Source of the DNA: an uncultured archaeon
GTDB taxonomy: Archaea; Nanobdellota; Nanobdellia; Pacearchaeales; GW2011-AR1
Reading direction: 5' to 3'
Assembly: GCA_963845205.1 (NCBI GenBank)
Contig: CAWJRC010000002.1
Span: 296,214-320,213 of the forward strand
Length of the DNA stretch: 24,000 nt
Part shown: positions 17,670 to 24,000 of the stretch, in pieces
Numbering within the stretch: position 1 is the stretch's first letter
Layout: every line of letters begins with the position of its first letter
The notes under the pieces: model-generated
What the model saw: only the letters and a program-made list of their open reading frames with translations
Told to the model about the DNA's origin: nothing
Database searches by the model: none
Program-made: the position numbers and the translations under genes

Positions 17670-18751
17670 AAATCGCAATATTTCATAACTATATGGATAA
17701 TATCGGAGGAGCAGAAATGGTTACATTAACATTAGCTAGAGAATTAAAGGCAGATGTCTATTCCACTAATATAGATAGAGATAAAATAAAAAAAATGGGA
17801 TTTGAAGATGTAAATTTAATTTCAATAGGCAAAATTCCCCTTGATGCTCCTTCTAGACAGCAACTTGCGTTATACAGGTTTAGAAGATTAAGTCTGAAAA
17901 ATAAGTATGACTTTTATATAATCTCTGGGGACTGGGCTGTTTCCGCGGCTGTTAATAACCAACCGACTATTTACTATATGCATTCACCGATAAGGGAACT
18001 TTGGGATTTATATGGAGAAGTGCGGAAATCCATTGTTCCATTACGTAACCGCTTTATATTTGATTCATGGGCTTTATATAATCGTTATTTAAATAAAAAA
18101 TATATAAACAAAATTGATAAAATAGTCTGCAATTCTGAAAATACAAAAAAAAGGCTCAACCATTTTCTTCATCGTGATGCTGAAGTTATCTACCCTCCTA
18201 TATACACTAAAAAATTTCATTATAAAAAAAATGGAAATTTCTGGCTTTCTGTCAATCGTCTTTTAAATAATAAGCAAGTTGATATGCAAATTGAAGCTTT
18301 CAAAAAATTGCCGGATGAAAAATTAATTATTGTAGGAAGTTATGAGACAGGAGCAGCACATTTTAGGAAATATGTAAATCATATCAATAAAATTAAGCCT
18401 TCAAATGTCGAAATTTTGCATTGGATTGATTTTAAAAAATTAGTTGAGTTATATTCTAATTGTAAAGGATTTATTACCACAGCAAAAGATGAAGATTTTG
18501 GGATGACTGCTGTTGAAGCAATGGCTTCAGGAAAGCCTGTAATCGCTCCAAATGAGGGGGGATATAAAGAAAGTATTATTGATGGAAAAACAGGAATATT
18601 AATACAGAATATTGATGCTGATAGATTAGCTGAAGCAATTGAAAAAATCGGAAAAAATCCGAAGAAATTTAAAAATGCCTGTTTAAGACAGGCAAAAAAA
18701 TTTGACACAAAAGAATTCATAAAAAAAATTAAAGAAGTTATCCAAGAATGA
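17666..18751 (+). CDS. GT4 family glycosyltransferase
   Basis: GGAEMVTLTLARELKADVYS, FICNSENTKKRLNHF-like segment, AKDEDFGMTAVEAMASGKPVIAPNEGGYKESIIDGKTGIL. Confidence 0.92.
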   Translation: MKIAIFHNYMDNIGGAEMVTLTLARELKADVYSTNIDRDKIKKMGFEDVNLISIGKIPLDAPSRQQLALYRFRRLSLKNKYDFYIISGDWAVSAAVNNQPTIYYMHSPIRELWDLYGEVRKSIVPLRNRFIFDSWALYNRYLNKKYINKIDKIVCNSENTKKRLNHFLHRDAEVIYPPIYTKKFHYKKNGNFWLSVNRLLNNKQVDMQIEAFKKLPDEKLIIVGSYETGAAHFRKYVNHINKIKPSNVEILHWIDFKKLVELYSNCKGFITTAKDEDFGMTAVEAMASGKPVIAPNEGGYKESIIDGKTGILIQNIDADRLAEAIEKIGKNPKKFKNACLRQAKKFDTKEFIKKIKEVIQE

Positions 18752-19734
18752 AAACTTTATTTTTATCCCATTGCCCTCATGAAGTTCATCTTGAATTTGC
18801 AAAATCGATCGGGGCAAAAATAAAAATTACTCATCTAAATTGGTTTGTTTTGCTTTATAAGAAAATTCCTTTAATCAGCTACTTTTATCCTTCCCTCTCT
18901 TTTTTGTACAGCCTTTTTATCAGCTCTCAGGAAGATATTTTATTGGTTGATGGAGGTTCTTCTTTATATCTTGCGGCCTTTTTAAAATTGAGAAATCCTA
19001 AAATTAAGATTATATACCTAGATGGGGATATGATTTTTTATTACCTAAACAAACAATCTACACTAACAGATAATTTTAGACTCTCTTTTTTTTTCAGAAA
19101 GATTGACGGAATTATCTCTGTTTCTGAACAAAATAAAAAACTTGCTTTAAAATATGTTAATGTACCTGTAGAAGTGGTTAACCCTTATCCAAAACAAATT
19201 AAAAAAATAGATATTAAAAGGAAAAATTATGGATTATATGTCGGAAGACTAGATCCTGATAAAGACATTAAAAGAATTCTGGGATTTGGTTTGCAGTGTC
19301 CTTATTTTGAAAAATTTATAATTGTGGGTGATGGGGCGTATAAAGGTTACATAAAAAGAATTTCTAAACAAAATAAGAAAATAATTTATATGGGGCAAAG
19401 AAAAGATGTGGATAAGTTTTATAACGAATCTAAATTTTTAATTCACATCCCTGATTATGATCCTCATCCATGTACAACAATGGAAGCAGCAATGTGCGGA
19501 TGTTTTCCAATAATCTCTGCAGGGACAGGAACTAATTACTTATTTGACAAAATGTTTATTGTAGAAGATTCTAACAATTTTAATGAAATTAATGAAAAAA
19601 TAAAAAATATACTTGATAATGCAGGAAAGGCAAGAAAATTGCTTAAACAGTCTGTTAAAAAATTTCCAACAAAAGAAAAAGCAATCAAAATATTTGAAAA
19701 TTCATTTAACAAAATAACAAATAATAAAAAATGA
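18748..19734 (+). CDS. GT4-like glycosyltransferase
   Basis: YGLYVGRLDPDKDIKRILGF, FIIVGDGAYKGYI, HIPDYDPHPCTTMEAAMCGCFPIISAGTGTNYLFDKMFIV. Confidence 0.87.
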   Translation: MKTLFLSHCPHEVHLEFAKSIGAKIKITHLNWFVLLYKKIPLISYFYPSLSFLYSLFISSQEDILLVDGGSSLYLAAFLKLRNPKIKIIYLDGDMIFYYLNKQSTLTDNFRLSFFFRKIDGIISVSEQNKKLALKYVNVPVEVVNPYPKQIKKIDIKRKNYGLYVGRLDPDKDIKRILGFGLQCPYFEKFIIVGDGAYKGYIKRISKQNKKIIYMGQRKDVDKFYNESKFLIHIPDYDPHPCTTMEAAMCGCFPIISAGTGTNYLFDKMFIVEDSNNFNEINEKIKNILDNAGKARKLLKQSVKKFPTKEKAIKIFENSFNKITNNKK

Positions 19735-20741
19735 AAGAAAATTTACTTGTAACGCTCGCAGACAAGAATTACATTGATCAGGCAAAGCAGCTGTTTTCAA
19801 GCGTTTACTGGAATGCAGGATGGAAAGGAGATTATATGCTTCTTGCTCATGAAATCCCCGAAAAAGACCTGAAATGGTTCAGGGACAAGGGTATTCTAAT
19901 TAAGAAATGCAAATTGTTATACAACAAAGTGTGGGAGTGGTTTTCACCAATTATATTAGACAAGTTTTATTTATTTACTCCTGAATTTAAGAAATGGAAA
20001 CATGTTATCTTCCTAGATGCAGATATTATTGTAAGGGCTTCTTTGGATAAACTAATGAAAACAACAGGATTTAACGCAGTTACTGATATGGATGGCCCTA
20101 AATTAAAAAATCAGATTACCGAAAAAAGTAAAAGCATATTTTTGGAGAAAAAATTCAGACTCAATAAAAAATGCTTTAATTCAGGGGTTATGGCTTTTTC
20201 TACAGATATAATAAAAGAGGATAGTTTTTCTAAATTAAAAGGATTATTCCTTGAATATAAACAATTTAGTAAATTTTGGGAACAATTAATCCTTAATGTT
20301 TATTTTTATAAGAAATGGAAAAAACTGCCTTTGGTCTATAATCTTTATTCGTTTTCATTGGTAGAGTATAATAAGATTAACATTAAAAGAGTAAGGGCAA
20401 TAATTTTTCATTTTGTTAAATTTGATAGTCTTTATTCCAAACCTTGGGAAAAAAATAACCCTTTTAACCCTGAATGGAAATATAATTTAGAAAGAGCAGA
20501 TTTGATTGATTTGAACAATATTCCTGAAGGAAAAGGATTTAATTTCTATTTTCTACCTTTATTTTTAAAAAGTGTGTCCTACATTCATTTTTTATTTAAA
20601 AAAGAAAGAGTCTATAAAAGAATAAAAAATATTTTTCGCTATGTAATAAATACTCCTGATAGGATTATAGGACAAATTGGAATTTTGATAAAAAAGCACA
20701 ATCCTGATTTGTATTACAAATTAAAGGGAGTAAAAAAATGA
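19731..20741 (+). CDS. GT8-like glycosyltransferase, array copy 1
   Basis: Shared module MKENLLVTLADKNYIDQAKQLFSSVYWNAGWKGDYMLLAHEIPEKDLKWFRDKGILIKKC, then DKFYLFTPEFKKWKHVIFLDADIIVRASLDKL (DxD-type). Confidence 0.87.
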   Translation: MKENLLVTLADKNYIDQAKQLFSSVYWNAGWKGDYMLLAHEIPEKDLKWFRDKGILIKKCKLLYNKVWEWFSPIILDKFYLFTPEFKKWKHVIFLDADIIVRASLDKLMKTTGFNAVTDMDGPKLKNQITEKSKSIFLEKKFRLNKKCFNSGVMAFSTDIIKEDSFSKLKGLFLEYKQFSKFWEQLILNVYFYKKWKKLPLVYNLYSFSLVEYNKINIKRVRAIIFHFVKFDSLYSKPWEKNNPFNPEWKYNLERADLIDLNNIPEGKGFNFYFLPLFLKSVSYIHFLFKKERVYKRIKNIFRYVINTPDRIIGQIGILIKKHNPDLYYKLKGVKK

Positions 20742-21778
20742 AAGAGAACTTACTTGTGACGCTTGCAGACAAGAATTACATTGATCAGGCAAAGCAGCTG
20801 TTTTCAAGCGTTTACTGGAATGCAGGATGGAAGGGAGATTACATGCTTTTGGCTCATGAAATTCCTGAAAAAGACCTGAAATGGTTCAGGGACAAGGGGA
20901 TTCTGATTAAGAAATGCAAGCCAATCTATGAACATAAGATTGGGATTAAAGAGCTTCGCTCAGGAACTGTAATAAGCAAATTTTACCTATTTACTCTTTA
21001 TTTCAAAAAATGGAAACATGTTATTTTTATAGAATCAGACACGATAGTAAGGGCATCGTTAAACAGGCTTTCAAAAATTAAGGGATTTTATGCTACAGAT
21101 GTTTCTGATAAACCAAAACTTTTAGATCAGATTTCAGATATCCGTTTTTTTAATGAGCTAAACAAATATGACTTAAATAAACCAAGTTTTAATCCTGGGG
21201 TTATGGCTTTTTCCACGAATATAATAAAAGATGAAACTTTTACAGAATTAAAAAGTTTATTTAAAAAGTATAAAGCAATAAGCAAATATGGGGAAGAATT
21301 TATCATTAATGTTTACTTTTACAAGAAATGGAAAAAATTGCCTTTAATCTATAACCTATGGCCCCATTATCTTGATTTTTATTATAATATAAAGCCTAGG
21401 AATGTTCAAGCGGTTATTTTACATTTTGCAGGAATAGATGATAAAAAAGAACTTCGCCCATGGGATCCTTTCAATCCTTTTTACCCCGAATGGAAATCTA
21501 ATCTAGAAAAGGCAGAATTAATTGATTTGAACAAGATTCCTGAAGGAAAGAAATGGAGCAGTTTCAAAATTTATTCTTATTCTTTTTATTTGAATAGGAA
21601 GATTTTACGTAAAAAATTACCTATCTTAATAGAAAAAATTGTTTTATCAAAAAGAAAGATTGTTTCTTGGGTGAAATATGTTATTGGCACTCCCGATAGG
21701 ATTATAGGACAAATTGGAATTTTAATAAAGAAGCACAATCCTGATATGTACTACAAATTAAAGGGGGTAAAAAAATGA
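20738..21778 (+). CDS. GT8-like glycosyltransferase, array copy 2
   Basis: Same N-module; core SKFYLFTLYFKKWKHVIFIESDTIVRASLNRL; tail PDRIIGQIGILIKKHNPDMYYKLKGVKK. Confidence 0.85.
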   Translation: MKENLLVTLADKNYIDQAKQLFSSVYWNAGWKGDYMLLAHEIPEKDLKWFRDKGILIKKCKPIYEHKIGIKELRSGTVISKFYLFTLYFKKWKHVIFIESDTIVRASLNRLSKIKGFYATDVSDKPKLLDQISDIRFFNELNKYDLNKPSFNPGVMAFSTNIIKDETFTELKSLFKKYKAISKYGEEFIINVYFYKKWKKLPLIYNLWPHYLDFYYNIKPRNVQAVILHFAGIDDKKELRPWDPFNPFYPEWKSNLEKAELIDLNKIPEGKKWSSFKIYSYSFYLNRKILRKKLPILIEKIVLSKRKIVSWVKYVIGTPDRIIGQIGILIKKHNPDMYYKLKGVKK

Positions 21779-22803
21779 AAGAAAACTTGCTTGTAACGCT
21801 TGCAGACAAGAATTACATTGACCAGGCAAAGCAGCTGTTCTCAAGCGTTTACTGGAATGCAGGATGGAAAGGGGATTACATGCTTCTTGCTCATGAAATT
21901 CCTGAAAAAGACCTGAAATGGTTCAGGGACAAGGGGATTCTGATTAAGAAATGCAAGCCATTATACAATAAGCCGATTGGAGAAGGTTACCGCCCTGTTG
22001 TTTTAGACAAGTTTTATTTATTTACTCCTGAATTTAGGAAATGGAAGCATGTTATTTATTTGGATGCAGATATTATTGTAAGGGCTTCTTTGGATGAACT
22101 AACAAAGGTTAACAGATTTGCAGCAAGTGATTCTATATTCCAGTTAAGGAAACAATTTTTCAATAGGACTAAGAATGAAAAATTGTTTTTTGAGGAAATA
22201 AATCTTGGTTATAATATTAATAAACTTTCATTTAATACAGGAGTTCTAGCCTTTCCAACTAATATAATTCAGGAAAATTCTTTTAATGAATTAAAAAAAA
22301 TTTTTAAGAGATATAAATCTATTTGTCGGATAGGGGAGGAACCAATTTTTAATTTATTCTTTTATAGAAAAAGAAAAAAAATTCCTTGGGTTTATAATAC
22401 AGATATGCTTAGGATTATTTATGATTGTAACATTAAACCCGAAAAAATAAAAGGGGTTACTTTACATTTTATATCCTGCCCCTCAATAACTAATAAACCT
22501 TGGGAAAAAAATAATCCTTTTTATCCCGAATGGAAATCTAATTTAGAAAGAGCAGAACTGATTGATTTGAATAATAGAATTCCCCCTAAAAAAAGATGGA
22601 GAGAAGTTACAGCAGAATATTACACCTTATATTTGAAGTCGAGGGAAAAAATTGTTTTTATTATTAAACTTACTCATTCAAAGATTAAAAAAACTTTTTA
22701 TTTCTTAATAAATACTCCTGATAGAATTATAGGACAAATTGGAATTTTAATAAAAAAGCACAATCCTAATCTGTACTACAAATTAAAGGGGGTAAAAAAA
22801 TGA
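21775..22803 (+). CDS. GT8-like glycosyltransferase, array copy 3
   Basis: Same N-module; core DKFYLFTPEFRKWKHVIYLDADIIVRASLDEL; tail PDRIIGQIGILIKKHNPNLYYKLKGVKK. Confidence 0.87.
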   Translation: MKENLLVTLADKNYIDQAKQLFSSVYWNAGWKGDYMLLAHEIPEKDLKWFRDKGILIKKCKPLYNKPIGEGYRPVVLDKFYLFTPEFRKWKHVIYLDADIIVRASLDELTKVNRFAASDSIFQLRKQFFNRTKNEKLFFEEINLGYNINKLSFNTGVLAFPTNIIQENSFNELKKIFKRYKSICRIGEEPIFNLFFYRKRKKIPWVYNTDMLRIIYDCNIKPEKIKGVTLHFISCPSITNKPWEKNNPFYPEWKSNLERAELIDLNNRIPPKKRWREVTAEYYTLYLKSREKIVFIIKLTHSKIKKTFYFLINTPDRIIGQIGILIKKHNPNLYYKLKGVKK

Positions 22804-23834
22804 AAGAAAACTTGCTTGTAACGCTTGCAGACAAGAATTACATTGACCAGGCAAAGCAGCTGTTCTCAAGCGTTTACTGGAATGCAGGATGGAAAGGGGA
22901 TTACATGCTTCTTGCTCATGAAATTCCTGAAAAAGACCTGAAATGGTTCAGGGACAAGGGGATTCTGATTAAGAAATGCAAATTACTGTCCAAGAAAGGG
23001 TGGGGGTGGTTTTCACCAATTATATTAGACAAGTTTTATTTATTTACTCCCGAATTCAAAAAATGGAAACACGTTATTTTTCTCGATGCAGATATTATTG
23101 TAAGAGCTTCTTTGGATAAACTAGCGAAAACAACAGGATTTAATGCAGTTACTGATATGGATGGTCCTAAATTAAAAAACCAGATTACCGAAAAAAGTAA
23201 AAGCATATTTTTAGAGAGAAAATTCAGACTCAATGCAAAATTTTTCAATGCAGGCGTTATGGCTTTTTCTACGGATATAATAAAAGAGGATAGTTTTTCT
23301 AAATTAAAAGAATTATTCCTTGAATATAAACAATTTAGTAAATTTGGGGAACAATTAATTCTTAATGTTTACTTTTACAAGAAATGGAAAAAACTGCCTT
23401 TGGTTTATAATCTATGGCCATATTATCTTAATTTCTATTATGATTTAAAACTAAGAACTATTCAAGCTATTATTTTTCATTTTATAGGAATAGATGATAA
23501 AAAAGAATTTCGTCCATGGGATCCTTTCAATCCTTTTTACCCTGAATGGAAATCTAACCTAGAAAAAGCAGAATTAATTGATTTGAACAAGATTCCTGAA
23601 GGAAAGAAATGGAGCAGTTTCAAAATTTATTCTTATTCTTTTTATTTGAATAGGAAGATTTTACGTAAAAAATTACCTATCTTAATAGAAAAAATTGTTT
23701 TATCAAAAAGAAAGATTGTTTCTTGGGTGAAATATGTTATTGGCACTCCCGATAGGATTATAGGACAAATTGGAATTTTAATAAAGAAGCACAATCCTGA
23801 TATGTACTACAAATTAAAGGGGGTAAAAAAATGA
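22800..23834 (+). CDS. GT8-like glycosyltransferase, array copy 4 (mosaic)
   Basis: N-module DNA identical to copy 3, core closest to copy 1, last 267 nt identical to copy 2. Confidence 0.87.
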   Translation: MKENLLVTLADKNYIDQAKQLFSSVYWNAGWKGDYMLLAHEIPEKDLKWFRDKGILIKKCKLLSKKGWGWFSPIILDKFYLFTPEFKKWKHVIFLDADIIVRASLDKLAKTTGFNAVTDMDGPKLKNQITEKSKSIFLERKFRLNAKFFNAGVMAFSTDIIKEDSFSKLKELFLEYKQFSKFGEQLILNVYFYKKWKKLPLVYNLWPYYLNFYYDLKLRTIQAIIFHFIGIDDKKEFRPWDPFNPFYPEWKSNLEKAELIDLNKIPEGKKWSSFKIYSYSFYLNRKILRKKLPILIEKIVLSKRKIVSWVKYVIGTPDRIIGQIGILIKKHNPDMYYKLKGVKK

Positions 23835-24000
23835 AAGAAAACTTACTTGTAACGTTTGAGGAATGTGTAGAACTTGGTAAATCTTTAAGACGAGAGGGTA
23901 AAAATGTATTAGCTATAAAGGCATTTAAAAAAGCTAAAAAGATGTTCCCTGTTCGGGATGATGTATTCCTAAAAAATAAAATACTTAATGAAATTGAGGT
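23831..24000 (+). CDS. Partial ORF: MKENLLVT start of the array module joined to an unrelated, TPR-like sequence (continues beyond window)
   Basis: MKENLLVTFEECVELGKSLRREGKNVLAIKAFKKAKKMFPVRDDVFLKNKILNEIE... open to the window end; first 24 nt match the array module, the rest does not. Confidence 0.75.
   Translation, partial: MKENLLVTFEECVELGKSLRREGKNVLAIKAFKKAKKMFPVRDDVFLKNKILNEIE

Larger units (their letters stand above)
19731..23854 (+). repeat. Tandem array of about 1.03-kb glycosyltransferase units with conserved ends and variable cores
   Basis: Module starts at 19731, 20738, 21775, 22800 and a truncated one at 23831; unit lengths 1007, 1037, 1025, 1031 bp. Confidence 0.92.

Noticed and set aside
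19731-23834. Transposon or inverted-repeat interpretation of the repeated GT8 units
   Set aside because: Repeats are direct, contain only the glycosyltransferase coding sequence with coupled stops/starts, and no transposase or terminal inverted repeats were seen.

Overview
The window looks like accessory-rich chromosomal DNA from an AT-rich archaeon, probably DPANN-like. The taxonomy is inferred from a tRNA gene whose 48-nt intron folds into a canonical archaeal bulge-helix-bulge, from TATA-like boxes about 20-30 nt upstream of many start codons (leaderless style), and from the gene content. From left to right it contains: a partial secreted protein; a SAM methyltransferase; a fused MTA phosphorylase-adenine phosphoribosyltransferase; Elp3; an AmmeMemoRadiSam (Memo/radical SAM/AMMECR1) locus with an extra membrane protein; an intact bacterial-type sigma-70 factor flanked by tRNA-Glu(UUC) and an intron-containing tRNA-Ile(UAU); a 1080-aa sequon-rich surface protein with exact 168-bp tandem repeats; and a surface glycan cluster (GT-C-like membrane protein, GT2, radical SAM, two GT4). 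The cluster ends in four tandem GT8-like glycosyltransferase genes. These share an identical 61-aa N-terminal module and a near-identical C-terminal tail around variable cores, and a fifth ORF keeps only the first 8 codons of the module before becoming a different protein. The fourth copy is a mosaic of the other three, which suggests a recombination-driven glycosyltransferase diversification array. The two most notable observations are the sigma-70 factor in an archaeal context and the mosaic glycosyltransferase cassette array. No database searches were run; family calls rest on recognised motifs.
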